From the NCBI GenBank assembly GCA_963718525.1, contig OY970355.1:2592001-2656000 (forward strand): a stretch of DNA of 64,000 nt, written 5' to 3'. This document shows, piece by piece, positions 51,754 through 61,917 of the stretch. The notes beneath the pieces are model-generated. The model searched no databases, was not told where the DNA came from, and worked only from the letters and a program-made list of their open reading frames with translations. This DNA comes from Candidatus Dormiibacterota bacterium (GTDB lineage: Bacteria > Chloroflexota > Dormibacteria > Aeolococcales > Aeolococcaceae). Each line of letters begins with the position of its first letter. The first letter of the stretch is position 1. The position numbers were made by a program, and so were the translations under genes.

Positions 51754-53046
51754 TCAGACTGAGACCGAAGCCAGGGTTCGAGCGAACAACTCGACAGTCC
51801 TGTCCACGTCCTCGGCTGTATGCGCGGTCGAAAGAAATGCGGTCTCGAATTGCGACGGTGGCCAGAGGATCCCGGCATCCAGCCAGGCCTCGTGGAGCCG
51901 CCCGAAGCGCTCCCGGTCGGCCTGCTGCACGTCCTTGAAGGAGCGGGCGGACTCGATCCCGATGAACGGCGTCACCATGCTGCCGACCCGTCCGACCGTG
52001 CACACCACTCCGGCTGCTGCGGCCGCTTCGGCGAAGCCGGTCTCAAGGCGCTCGCCGAGACGCTCCAAGCTCTGGTATAGCCCGGGATCACCGTGGAGCA
52101 CGTCAAGCGCCGCAATCCCCGCCGCCATTGCCGGGGGGCTGCCGGAGAGCGTGCCAGCCTGGTAGACCGGGCCTGATGGCGCGACCTGTTCCATGAGGTG
52201 GCGGCGGCCACCGTACGCGCCGACCGGGAGTCCGCCGCCGATCACCTTGCCGAAGAGGGTGAGATCGGGGCGGACGCCGTAGAGCGCCTGAGCACCACCG
52301 AAGGCCACGCGGAAACCGGTCATCACTTCATCGAATACGAGCAGAGCACCCCATTTGGATGTGATATCGCGAAGTTCGTCCAGGAAGCCGGGTTCCGGAG
52401 GCACGCATCCCATGTTTCCGGCGATCGGCTCCACGATCACGGCGGCGATACGGTCGCCATCGCGCTCGAAGAGCGCGGCAACCGCTTCGTGGTTGTTGTA
52501 CGGCGCGACGATGGTGTCTGCGACGGCAGCGGCCGGAACTCCGGGAGAGCCGGGGATTGCCAGGGTCGCGATCCCGGAACCTGCCTCGGCGAGCAGGGCG
52601 TCGGCGTGGCCGTGATACCCCCCGGCGAATTTGACGATGCGATCGCGGCCAGTCGCGGCACGAGCGAGCCGGATGGCCGACATCGCCGCCTCGGTGCCCG
52701 ATGAGACGAGGCGCACCATCTCGACCAAGTCCACCGCGTCGACGATCCGCTCCGCGAGCTCGACCTCGAGCTCAACCGTATGACCGAAGGCCATCCCCCG
52801 TTCCAGCTGGGCGCGAACCGCCGCGAGGATCTGGGGTGGCTGATGGCCGAGGATGTGCGGACCGTAGGCCAGCACGAAGTCGATGAAGTCGTTGCCGTCC
52901 GCGTCGACGACGTGGGCTCCATCGCCGCGAACGATATGGGGCGGGACCCCGGGAACGGCGCGATAGGCACGAACCGGGCTGTCGACGCCCCCCGGAAGCA
53001 CCCGTTCCGCCCGAGCGCGCAGCGCCCGGGCCTTGCCGTCCTTCAC
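51754..53046 (-). CDS. hemL: Glutamate-1-semialdehyde 2,1-aminomutase
   Basis: PGGVDSPVR, SGTEA, GKVIGGG and YQAGT motifs. Confidence 0.97.
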   Translation of the reverse strand: MKDGKARALRARAERVLPGGVDSPVRAYRAVPGVPPHIVRGDGAHVVDADGNDFIDFVLAYGPHILGHQPPQILAAVRAQLERGMAFGHTVELEVELAERIVDAVDLVEMVRLVSSGTEAAMSAIRLARAATGRDRIVKFAGGYHGHADALLAEAGSGIATLAIPGSPGVPAAAVADTIVAPYNNHEAVAALFERDGDRIAAVIVEPIAGNMGCVPPEPGFLDELRDITSKWGALLVFDEVMTGFRVAFGGAQALYGVRPDLTLFGKVIGGGLPVGAYGGRRHLMEQVAPSGPVYQAGTLSGSPPAMAAGIAALDVLHGDPGLYQSLERLGERLETGFAEAAAAAGVVCTVGRVGSMVTPFIGIESARSFKDVQQADRERFGRLHEAWLDAGILWPPSQFETAFLSTAHTAEDVDRTVELFARTLASVSV

Positions 53047-53050
53047 GGCA

Positions 53051-53833
53051 CTAGGTCTGCTCGCGCACGGTGATCGACTTCATGACGTCGCCTTGCACGA
53101 TTGCGAGTGCGATGGACATTCCCGACTCCACCTGGCCGAAGAGGTTGTAGGACACCGGGAGCGTGGTGTCGTTCGCGGTGCAGATGAAGAATTGCGAGCC
53201 GTTGGTGTTGGCGCCGCTGTTGGCCATGGCGACGGCGCCCTCGATGTACTGCTGATGCACGGGCTCGTCATTGAACTGAAACCCCGGCCCCCCGCTGCCG
53301 CACGTCGCCGACGGCGTCGCAGGTAACGCGGGCACGTTACCGATGCACTGCGGGTCGCCGCCCTGGATGACGAACTTGGCCACAACCCGATGGAACGGGA
53401 TCCCGTCGAAGAAGTGATTTCGTGCCAGTGTCACGAATACGTTGACGGTGTTCGGCGCGAGATCGGGTTGCAGGCACAGGACGATGGTGCCTTTCGAGGT
53501 CACGATCGTTGCCTGGTAGAGCTTGGCGGTGTTGATGGTCATCGCCGGCTGTGCGCTGTAGGTGTGCACGCTGGCAGGCGGGTTGATCGGCTTGAGCACC
53601 GGGCCGAACGTCTTCGTGGCGCAGCTGGCGAACGGGATGGTCGGAGCTGCCGTGACGGTCGGGCTCGGTGTCGGAGTTGGCACTGCGGCAGTCGGTGTCG
53701 GTCGGACGATCGCTGGGAGCGGCGAGCTCGCGCCGTTGACGCCGACGGCGATCGCGATGATCGCCACCACCACCACGGCGCCCGATCCGAGCACCAACGG
53801 AAGGCGGCCCCTGCCGCCAGGCGATGCATTCAT
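53051..53833 (-). CDS. Membrane-anchored cyclophilin PPIase
   Basis: FHRVV..FVIQGGDP and MANSG..TNGSQFFI motifs. Confidence 0.93.
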   Translation of the reverse strand: MNASPGGRGRLPLVLGSGAVVVVAIIAIAVGVNGASSPLPAIVRPTPTAAVPTPTPSPTVTAAPTIPFASCATKTFGPVLKPINPPASVHTYSAQPAMTINTAKLYQATIVTSKGTIVLCLQPDLAPNTVNVFVTLARNHFFDGIPFHRVVAKFVIQGGDPQCIGNVPALPATPSATCGSGGPGFQFNDEPVHQQYIEGAVAMANSGANTNGSQFFICTANDTTLPVSYNLFGQVESGMSIALAIVQGDVMKSITVREQT

Positions 53834-53837
53834 CGAT

Positions 53838-54827
53838 TCACTCCTGGGTTTCCGCGAGCCAGCCTGCGGCGGCGCGCGCGTCGTACGTGATGATCATGTC
53901 GGCGCCGGCGCGGCGGATGCCGCCGAGCGCTTCGAGGACGGCAGCGCGCTCGTCGAACGCGCCGGCAGCCGCTGCATGATGGAGCATCGCAAACTCGCCG
54001 CTGACGCAGTACGCGGCAACGGGGAGGTCGGTTGCGTCGCGCACACGCGCGACAACGTCGAGATACGTCAGCGCCGGCTTCACCATCACCATATCCGCGC
54101 CTTCCTCGACGTCGAGGAGGGCTTCGCGAACGGCCTCGCGCTGATTGGCCGGGTCCATCTGGTAGGAGCGCCGATCTCCGGTTTGCGGAGCGCAGTCGGC
54201 GGCGTCGCGGAATGGCCCGTAGAGCACGGTGGCGAACTTCGCGCTGTAGGCGAGAATCGCCGTGTCGGTGAACCCCGATGTGTCCAGCGCGTCGCGGATC
54301 GCGGCCACCTGCCCGTCCATCATTCCGCTCGGCGCGATGACGTCCGCTCCGGCAGCCGCCTGGCTGACAGCGGTCCGCGCATACAGCTCCAACGTCGCGT
54401 CGTTGTCGACGTCGCCGTTCTCGAGCAGGAAGCCGCAGTGGCCATGATCGGTGTACTCGCAGAGGCAGCAATCGGCAATCACCACGCACGCGTCCCCAAA
54501 GCGCGCGCGCAGCGCGCGAGTTGCCTGCTGGACGATGCCGTCCTCGGCGAACGCGCCCGACCCCTGCGCATCCTTGGCGGCGGGGAGCCCGAACAGGAGC
54601 ACACCGCCGAGTCCGAGCCCGATTGTCTCCTCCACCGTTGTGCACAGCGAATCGATGGTCTCGTGACGCTGTCCCGGCATCGAGGCGATCGGTTGCGGAG
54701 ATTCGAGGCCCTCGCGAACGAAGGCGGGGTGGATCAGCTGGCCTGCGCTGAGCCGTGACTCACGGGCCAGGCGGCGGAGCGCCGGGGTACGGCGCAGACG
54801 GCGTGGTCGTTCGAGAGGGAATCCCAT
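53838..54827 (-). CDS. hemB: Porphobilinogen synthase
   Basis: CLCEYTDHGHC and MVKP motifs. Confidence 0.97.
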   Translation of the reverse strand: MGFPLERPRRLRRTPALRRLARESRLSAGQLIHPAFVREGLESPQPIASMPGQRHETIDSLCTTVEETIGLGLGGVLLFGLPAAKDAQGSGAFAEDGIVQQATRALRARFGDACVVIADCCLCEYTDHGHCGFLLENGDVDNDATLELYARTAVSQAAAGADVIAPSGMMDGQVAAIRDALDTSGFTDTAILAYSAKFATVLYGPFRDAADCAPQTGDRRSYQMDPANQREAVREALLDVEEGADMVMVKPALTYLDVVARVRDATDLPVAAYCVSGEFAMLHHAAAAGAFDERAAVLEALGGIRRAGADMIITYDARAAAGWLAETQE

Positions 54828-54837
54828 GGTTCGACCC

Positions 54838-55620
54838 TCAGCGTAGCGGCTGGGGGGTCAGGCACTCGATCAGCGCACGCACGAGGCCCTCGACCGTGGC
54901 CACGCCGGCCACGGCGCGGACGGCGAGGCCGGCGGTGCGCGCCGCCGCTGCCGTGTGGTCGCCGATGCACACGATCACCGCCTCTGGCGGAGGTGCCTCC
55001 CCGCCAAGTGCCTCGACGAGGTGCCGTGCGGTGCTGCCGCTGGTGAGCGTGATCGCGTCGACCCCACCGGCAAAGGCGGCGCGGAGCCTGTCGGGCGCAG
55101 ACTCCGGCATGACGCTCCTATAGACCCGCTGCACCGTGACCATCGCCCCGCCTGTGCGGAGCGCCTCGGCCAATCCGGCGCGGGCGCCTTCGGCCACCGG
55201 CAGCCAGACGCTGCCCCCCGAGACCCCGCGCTCCAGCATCGAACGGGCAAGCCCGTCGGCGTCGGACTCGCCCGCCACCAGTTCGGGATCAACGCCTTCG
55301 GCTGTGAGCGATGCGGCCGTCGCCGGCCCGACGGCGGCGACCAGGAGGCCGGAGATGGCCCCTCGACCTGCCGCACCGAGAACGAGACGCACGGCGGTCG
55401 CGCTCGTGAACGCGACCCAGCGTGGCGACGCTCCCGCCTGGGCTTCGCCTGCGGTCCGAACGATCGAGTCGGGATCCGCGATCGGCACCGTCGTGATCAG
55501 CGGGACGATGGCCACCGACGCACCGGCGGCATGGAGGCGGTCCACCAGGCCCGTGGCCTGCTCGCGGGTCCTGGTCACGAGCACGCGTCGTCCGGCCAGG
55601 GGAGCTGAGAGCTCGGTCAC
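54838..55620 (-). CDS. hemD: Uroporphyrinogen-III synthase
   Basis: VLVTR, FTS, AVGPAT and TSGST motifs. Confidence 0.92.
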   Translation of the reverse strand: MTELSAPLAGRRVLVTRTREQATGLVDRLHAAGASVAIVPLITTVPIADPDSIVRTAGEAQAGASPRWVAFTSATAVRLVLGAAGRGAISGLLVAAVGPATAASLTAEGVDPELVAGESDADGLARSMLERGVSGGSVWLPVAEGARAGLAEALRTGGAMVTVQRVYRSVMPESAPDRLRAAFAGGVDAITLTSGSTARHLVEALGGEAPPPEAVIVCIGDHTAAAARTAGLAVRAVAGVATVEGLVRALIECLTPQPLR

Positions 55621-56504
55621 CGCAGGCGCGCGGCGACTGCCTCGCCGAGCGCCTCCGGGGTCTCGACACTACCGGTGGCCTCCGTTCGCCGGATCTCCCC
55701 GTCAACCACCAGCGCTGCGACCAGGATCATGCGGTCGCCGTCGATCCGCGCCCACGCCCCCAGGGGCAGCAGGCATCCGCCCCCGAGGCCCGCGAGGACT
55801 GCCCTCTCGGCGGTCACAGCAACCCTCGTGGCCCGGTCGTCGACGGATTCGCAAGCGCTCGCAACTGGGGAGTTGGTGACCGTCTCCAGGGCGATGGCGC
55901 CTTGAGCCGGGGATGGGACGAACTCGGCTGGATCCAGTCGCTGCGTCACGCGATGGCCGAGCGAGAGGCGATCGAGGCCGGCGCATGCGAGCAGGAGCGC
56001 ATCGAAGTCTCCTGAGTCGAGCTTGCGCAACCGTGTGTCGACGTTGCCACGCACTGCGACTGGTCGCAGGCCGGGATACAGCGCTGCGAGCAGACCGGCT
56101 CGACGGGCGCTGCTGGTTCCCACCGTCGCACCGAGGGGAAGGGCATCAAGAGGAGCGCCGCTTGCCGACACCACACCGTCGCGGGCGTCCGCTCGCGCGA
56201 GATAGGCGGCGACGCTCAGCCCGGGTGCGAGCGCCGACGGCAGGTCCTTTGCGCTGTGCACTGCCACGTCGGCTCGGCCGTCGAGCAGGCTTCGTTCGAG
56301 ATCGGCGGTGAACCAGCCCTGGCCCTCGAGCTGATCGATCGGGGCGTTGCCCCGGCGATCTCCCTCGGTCCGGACCACGAGCGTCTCGAGGTGATCACGC
56401 CCGTTTGTGCGCAGGGCATCCGACGCCAGCGCCGTCTGACACAGCGCGAGTGCGCTGCCCCGCGTCGCCAGCCGAAGCGTGGAGGTATCCGCGGCCGGCC
56501 TCAA
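55617..56504 (-). CDS. hemC: Hydroxymethylbilane synthase
   Basis: TRGSALA, HSAKD, RGNVDTR and GGGC motifs. Confidence 0.96.
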   Translation of the reverse strand: MRPAADTSTLRLATRGSALALCQTALASDALRTNGRDHLETLVVRTEGDRRGNAPIDQLEGQGWFTADLERSLLDGRADVAVHSAKDLPSALAPGLSVAAYLARADARDGVVSASGAPLDALPLGATVGTSSARRAGLLAALYPGLRPVAVRGNVDTRLRKLDSGDFDALLLACAGLDRLSLGHRVTQRLDPAEFVPSPAQGAIALETVTNSPVASACESVDDRATRVAVTAERAVLAGLGGGCLLPLGAWARIDGDRMILVAALVVDGEIRRTEATGSVETPEALGEAVAARLR

Positions 56505-57748
56505 CGATCGAGCCGGAAGGCCTCGCGGATCGCCAGTGCGGTCGCCGGGTCTTCCGCCTCGCGGAGTCGCGTCACCGGGCCGTGCAGCAGCTTGCGCACC
56601 ATGCTTCGAGTGAGCGTGTCGATGCGAGCTCGTGTCTCGTCATCGATCTCGCGCCCGCCGCTGAAGGTTCGAGCCACCTCCCGCGCACGAAGTGCCTCGG
56701 CCCATTCGACGAGCGCGGCGATGGTGGGGCCGGCCGTGTCGCGCTGTCCGATCACCGTGACGGTCTTTTCGAGCTCCGTTTCGATGATCTTCTCTGCAGC
56801 CGGAACGATTTCGCGACGCTGGTCGAGGCGCGCGCCCGCCCGGCGCCCGAGCTCATCAATGTCGATGAGCGTGACGCCGGGGACCCTCTCCGCCGCAGCG
56901 TCGATGTCGCGGGGAACCGCCATGTCGACGATGCACAACGGGCGGCGCTCGCGCCGGCGCTGCATCTCGGCGATGGCGGCCGCATCGAAGATGGTCGTCG
57001 GGCTGTCGGTGGACGAGATGATCACATCCACTCGGTCTGCCACCTGTGCGACGTCCGCGAGCGCCACGGTTTCGGCGCCGACTGCCCTCGCGAGGAGACG
57101 GCTCGACTCACCTCGCGAGGTGGTCATGATCCGGGCACCCTGGTCGTGCAGCCGGTTTGCGGCCAGCCGGCTCATCTTTCCGGCGCCGACGAGCAGCACG
57201 CCCCTGCCGTCGAGGTCCCCGCACGATGCCCGAGCGCACTCCACCGCCACCTCGCTGAGGCTCGCGGCGCCCCTGCCGAGGGACGTGTCGGTGCGCACGC
57301 GCTTGGCGGTCGAGATGGCTCGGCGCATCACGTAGTCGAGCCGAGCGTCGACAGTCCCCGCGTCTTTCGCCGCCCGGTGCGCGCCCTTGAACTGCCCCAG
57401 CACCTGCGCCTCGCCGATCACCATGCTCTCGAGGCCACTCGCCACCCGGAACATGTGCATCGCCGCCTCGCGATCCTCGAGGGTGATCATGTGCCGCTCG
57501 AGGTCTCGCGTGCCTCCTGGGTCGAGGTAGCGGGCGAGGCGCGGAGTCACCTCAGCGCTGAGGTTGTCGGGGCACACCACGTAGAAATCGGTGCGGTTGC
57601 AAGTGGACAGCAGCGCTGCGCCGTGCAGTCCGGCGTGCCCCACCAGATATCTCAGCGTGGTTGCAGCACGCGCCGCTGGGATGGCCGCTGCCTCCCGCAC
57701 AGCCAGTGGAGCGGTGCGAAAGCTCAGCCCGGCGGCTACCAGTCGCAT
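56501..57748 (-). CDS. hemA: Glutamyl-tRNA reductase
   Basis: STCNRT, GEAQVLGQ, GAGKM and DMAVPRD motifs. Confidence 0.96.
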   Translation of the reverse strand: MRLVAAGLSFRTAPLAVREAAAIPAARAATTLRYLVGHAGLHGAALLSTCNRTDFYVVCPDNLSAEVTPRLARYLDPGGTRDLERHMITLEDREAAMHMFRVASGLESMVIGEAQVLGQFKGAHRAAKDAGTVDARLDYVMRRAISTAKRVRTDTSLGRGAASLSEVAVECARASCGDLDGRGVLLVGAGKMSRLAANRLHDQGARIMTTSRGESSRLLARAVGAETVALADVAQVADRVDVIISSTDSPTTIFDAAAIAEMQRRRERRPLCIVDMAVPRDIDAAAERVPGVTLIDIDELGRRAGARLDQRREIVPAAEKIIETELEKTVTVIGQRDTAGPTIAALVEWAEALRAREVARTFSGGREIDDETRARIDTLTRSMVRKLLHGPVTRLREAEDPATALAIREAFRLDR

Positions 57749-57818
57749 CACGAGCGAGTATAGGTTGGAGGCACACGTCCACCGGTTCCCCCGTGCCGGA
57801 GTTCTAGGATGGGGGTGT

Positions 57819-58610
57819 ATGGAAGCTCGCCGGCGATATGGTCGCCGCCGAGGGAGGGTCCCCACGGGCGACAAATTTCTGCCGCGGCTCGGTCCGGCTG
57901 GAGCCGAGCCCTTCGCGACGCTGGACGATGCCATCAACTCATGGACGGCGGAACGACCATCCCCGGACACACCAATAGAGGCGCTCCAGTTCGTCGCACT
58001 CGATTGCGAGACCACTGGGCAGTCGCCTCATCACCTCGTGGAGCTGGGAGCGGTTGCGTTCACGTTGCGCGACCACCTGATGAGCTTCGAGACGCTGGTG
58101 CACAGCAATGATCGGATCAACCCGTACGCCCGCCGGATTCACGGCATCGACGCCGCCACCCTGAACGGCGCACCGCCGGTATCGCTGGTCGTCGAGCGGT
58201 TTCAGCGCTTCGCCAAAGGCGCGGTCCTCGTGGAGCACAGCGCTGACGCGTTTGACACACGGCTGATCGGCCGCGCCATCGGATCGAGCCTTGACGCCGA
58301 CAACGTCGACACCACGAGGCTCGCGGCGAAGCTGTTCGATCTCAAGGACACCATCGGTCTCGAGCGCCTGTGCCGCGAATTGGGAGTCGTGCACCGCAAG
58401 CCGCATCACGCGCTTGCCGATGCGGAGGCGACCGCCGCCTGCTTCGTCGAGCTGGTTCGACGAGGGAGCGAGCGCTTCAACTGGCGCACGCTCGGTGACC
58501 TGCTTGTCGCCGGAAAACCACCTGCCTTCGCTGCTGATGTCGGGGTCGCGCCCCCCGGCGCGCAGACGAAAGGAAACGATTCGACCCCTCGAACCCGACG
58601 GCGGCGTTGA
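57819..58610 (+). CDS. DEDDh 3'-5' exonuclease (DnaQ-like)
   Basis: LDCETTG, AFD and HHALADA motifs. Confidence 0.9.
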   Translation: MEARRRYGRRRGRVPTGDKFLPRLGPAGAEPFATLDDAINSWTAERPSPDTPIEALQFVALDCETTGQSPHHLVELGAVAFTLRDHLMSFETLVHSNDRINPYARRIHGIDAATLNGAPPVSLVVERFQRFAKGAVLVEHSADAFDTRLIGRAIGSSLDADNVDTTRLAAKLFDLKDTIGLERLCRELGVVHRKPHHALADAEATAACFVELVRRGSERFNWRTLGDLLVAGKPPAFAADVGVAPPGAQTKGNDSTPRTRRRR

Positions 58611-58714
58611 CAGTACGCCCAGCGCTGCATACCATCCACTCGAACCAACCACACTCATCCGGGCTCTCGTCGCGCGTCCGGAACTTCATCCCGGTTCATC
58701 TCGAGGACTCAGCG

Positions 58715-59170
58715 ATGCCCAGCCGCATTGACAGGGCCGAGGCGATCGGTGCCGGATCAGCCGCTCTCGGCATTCTCTCAGCGTTCCTTCCGTGGTATGG
58801 CTACGCCGCCGCCAATTCCCATGTGACCGTCAACGCATTTCGCGCGTCAGCGCTTGGCGATGTGTTCTTTGTCGCCGTTGCCGCCGTGGTCCTGCTGCTG
58901 CTGATCGGCAAAGGATTTGTCGATGACGTGGTCACGCCATACATTCCCGAGACCACGGCACATGCCATCGCGGCGGCGCTGGCGATGGGGAGTGTCCTCG
59001 TTCAAATGATCCTCACCAGAGCAAGCGGACGCTCCTTCGGCATCGGTCTCTTTTTAGCGCTGGTTGCGGCCGCGGGACTGTGCACCGCGGCAGTCCTCCG
59101 ACGGCTGCATCCGGACCGCCGTCGAATTGTCCGCGAACCCCTTTCCCATGAGGGTCTGATTACCCCATAA
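58715..59170 (+). CDS. Hypothetical four-TM membrane protein
   Basis: AFLPW motif and hydrophobic helices. Confidence 0.7.
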   Translation: MPSRIDRAEAIGAGSAALGILSAFLPWYGYAAANSHVTVNAFRASALGDVFFVAVAAVVLLLLIGKGFVDDVVTPYIPETTAHAIAAALAMGSVLVQMILTRASGRSFGIGLFLALVAAAGLCTAAVLRRLHPDRRRIVREPLSHEGLITP

Positions 59171-59260
59171 TCCACCCGACCCGCGCTTGGGGGACGTGGC
59201 GCCCCGAGCCGCGTTCGCTGCCACAGCTGCTCATCTACGCTGGGAGGAACACCCGAAGCA

Positions 59261-59809
59261 ATGGCCAACATTCTGACCGACCCGCCCTTTGCAGCAGATC
59301 CACCGATCAAGTTGAACGTCCCAGCAAAGACGCTCGGATTGGTCATCGGGATTCTGGCGATCATCGGCATCATCATCGACCTGATCGCGCTGCCGGTGGT
59401 CTTTGCTCTGAACAACACCGTCAACACGCTCTGCAGCGAAGTCAATGGGCTGAACTGCGGGACAACGGGCATCTTCGGACTGGCACTGATCGGAGTGCTG
59501 ATCGGCCTCGTGGGCTCGATCCTCTATGCGTTCGGTGGCTTCCGTATGTACCAGCTCAACCGCTCGGGCAAGGACCTTGTGATCTACGGCCTGGTGGTCA
59601 ACCTGGTCGGCGGAATCTTCGCGATCATCGGCTACGGGGGAATCGGCAGCTTCATCTTCAGCCTGATCATCGCGGTGGTCGTCTACTACCTCGTGGTGAT
59701 CAGCCGCTGGCCCGGTGATGCGCCCCTGGTTCCAACCGGAACGACCGGCGGATACGGCAATCCCCCTGGCGGCTACGGAAGCCCGCCACCTCCCCCGCCC
59801 AGCGTCTGA
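59261..59809 (+). CDS. Hypothetical membrane protein with Gly/Pro-rich tail
   Basis: Four TMs; GGAGG upstream. Confidence 0.78.
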   Translation: MANILTDPPFAADPPIKLNVPAKTLGLVIGILAIIGIIIDLIALPVVFALNNTVNTLCSEVNGLNCGTTGIFGLALIGVLIGLVGSILYAFGGFRMYQLNRSGKDLVIYGLVVNLVGGIFAIIGYGGIGSFIFSLIIAVVVYYLVVISRWPGDAPLVPTGTTGGYGNPPGGYGSPPPPPPSV

Positions 59810-59857
59810 CATCTGGCAGGCGTTCGCGAACGCACCTCGCCGCGAGGGGCGCTTGAC

Positions 59858-60262
59858 GTGCCATCGGAGGTTGCAGGCGGGCAACGGTCCGATGGCACGG
59901 TCGAGATCGCGGGCCGCCCGATCGTCGGCAAGCTCGATGCATTGAGTGCCCCGGACGACGAGTCAGACGCGCTTGTCTACCCGCGTGCCGGAAATGGCGC
60001 CGGCGTCGCGGCAGGAGTTTGCGGGATCGTCGCGCTGGCGGTCTCGTGGATCCCATTTGTCGACTACACGAGCCTTGTGCTCGGTGCCCTGGCGATCGTC
60101 CTCGCGGGCATCGGCATCCACCGCGCAAATGCGGATCCCGGCAGAGGCAAGGCACTGGCGATCGTGGGGTTGGTGTGCGGCATCGCGGGCTTCGCGATCG
60201 CGGCGATTGTCCTGCTGCTGATCTACGCACTGGTGACCACGATCAACGTCGCCGGCGGTTAG
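59858..60262 (+). CDS. DUF4190-like membrane protein
   Basis: GNGAGVAAGVCGI...GRGKALAIVGLVCG. Confidence 0.7.
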   Translation: MPSEVAGGQRSDGTVEIAGRPIVGKLDALSAPDDESDALVYPRAGNGAGVAAGVCGIVALAVSWIPFVDYTSLVLGALAIVLAGIGIHRANADPGRGKALAIVGLVCGIAGFAIAAIVLLLIYALVTTINVAGG

Positions 60263-60271
60263 CCCGAAGGG

Positions 60272-61258
60272 TCAGACGCTGAAGTCGGCCACCACCGGGT
60301 AGTGGTCCGACGCGACGGCGGCGTCGGCATCGGGCCACGTCCTGCCGCCGACCACGTCCGCACCCAGGGTGTGTGCCGCCAGATCCGGCGTTGCGAGAAC
60401 GTAGTCGACGCGCGCTGACAGCTGCCACGTCGCGCACGTGAGTCCGCGAGCTCGCGGATGGACGTGCCGGTAACAGTCGACATAGCCCTCCTTGTGCAGA
60501 CGCTCCATCGTCCATCGTTCGATGAGGCGTCCGAGAAATCGGTCCATCGCCCGCGACACCGGCAGCCCGACGGTGAGCGGCGACACAACCCGGGGCAGCA
60601 CCGGGATGCCGCCGAGCAGCCTCGGGTCGACACCCGCTCGGCGCCAGCGGTTCGCAAGCTCGTCACCGCCGGCGCCGTCGTTGGGAGCAAGCGGAGTCAG
60701 GATGCCATTGGGTCCGGCCACGAGCAGGCCGGCTCGGCGCAGGTCGTTCATTCGACGGAAGAACGAGGTCGCCAGGATGTCGTCGCCTGGCGACAGCGCA
60801 TTGAAGTCGCCGATGAGCATGTGCGGCAGAGGCGGCTCGTCGGCGATATCGGTGAGCACAGCACCGATCTCGCGAATGCGCCGCGCCTCCCCCTTGTTGC
60901 GGTCGCCAAATCGTGCGGCGAGGTGCAGGCAGTGAACACCCACCACGGGAAGCTCGGCGCCGCCGGTCTCGATATCGCAGTGGAGATGGGAGCGCAGCAT
61001 TCGCCCGTGGTGGCGGCGGTTGCGCCAGGCACGTACCGGCAGGCGCGTGAGGATCGCGGTGTGCATCGGCGAGGCGGGATCGCTCGGCTCGCCGACGAAC
61101 ATCTCCATCCCGAGCTCACCCGCGAGATCGCGAACGGTGTCCACCTCGCGAACCTCCTGGAGCGCTACGACGTCCGCGTCGACGCGCCGGAGGACGTTGC
61201 AGACCAGATCGTGGCGACGCTCACCACCGAGGAGGATGTTGTACGTGGCGACGCGCAT
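60272..61258 (-). CDS. Endonuclease/exonuclease/phosphatase family protein
   Basis: ATYNI, LQE, GDFN, RVDY and SDHYP motifs. Confidence 0.92.
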   Translation of the reverse strand: MRVATYNILLGGERRHDLVCNVLRRVDADVVALQEVREVDTVRDLAGELGMEMFVGEPSDPASPMHTAILTRLPVRAWRNRRHHGRMLRSHLHCDIETGGAELPVVGVHCLHLAARFGDRNKGEARRIREIGAVLTDIADEPPLPHMLIGDFNALSPGDDILATSFFRRMNDLRRAGLLVAGPNGILTPLAPNDGAGGDELANRWRRAGVDPRLLGGIPVLPRVVSPLTVGLPVSRAMDRFLGRLIERWTMERLHKEGYVDCYRHVHPRARGLTCATWQLSARVDYVLATPDLAAHTLGADVVGGRTWPDADAAVASDHYPVVADFSV

Positions 61259-61313
61259 GCTGCGCGGCACGGTTTTTCTGGTGCGCGACATCGACCGAAC
61301 TTACAATGCCACG

Positions 61314-61898
61314 GTGCAGCCACAGCGCGACGCACATCTCACCGAGCTCGTCTTCCTCGACCGCGGTCCGCTCGCGCTGCGCTGTGTCGCGGTGGCGGTC
61401 GCAGCGGCCGCGTGCGGCGTCGCCGGTACCTTCCTCGTACGCGTGCACCAGTCGCTCGCGGCGCAACTGGCGGCGCACGTGATGCTGAACCCTTTGCAGA
61501 CGCTCATCGCGGACGGCTCAAGCCCACGCACGCTGTGGCCCGGTTGGGTTGCGGCCGTGTGCTTCGCTGCCGCGGTGGTCCGGCTCCGTCGCGGCGCCAC
61601 CGAGCCACCCCCGGGCCGGGGCGACATCGAGCACCAGACACTCGGCCAGCTGCGCGGCGGGCTGCGCCGCGAGTATCGCGTCGTTCGAATTGCGCTGGTC
61701 ATCGTGTGCCTGCTGGCCGCCGTCGATGTTGCGCGCGCGGTGGCGAGCCTGATGGCGGCTCAGGCCGGCGATCAGCGGATCGCGACAACCATGCCGGCGA
61801 CAGTGATCGAGGCGTCGGGCTATGTTGCGGCCGCTGTGGTGCTCGCGGCGTGGGCTCATGCTTTCGGCGGCGAGGTGCGGCGCCTCGGCGCCTTGTGA
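61314..61898 (+). CDS. Hypothetical membrane protein
   Basis: TACAAT 6 nt before GTG; four hydrophobic segments. Confidence 0.65.
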   Translation: MQPQRDAHLTELVFLDRGPLALRCVAVAVAAAACGVAGTFLVRVHQSLAAQLAAHVMLNPLQTLIADGSSPRTLWPGWVAAVCFAAAVVRLRRGATEPPPGRGDIEHQTLGQLRGGLRREYRVVRIALVIVCLLAAVDVARAVASLMAAQAGDQRIATTMPATVIEASGYVAAAVVLAAWAHAFGGEVRRLGAL

Positions 61899-61917
61899 TC
61901 GTGCGGAGTCGGGCAGC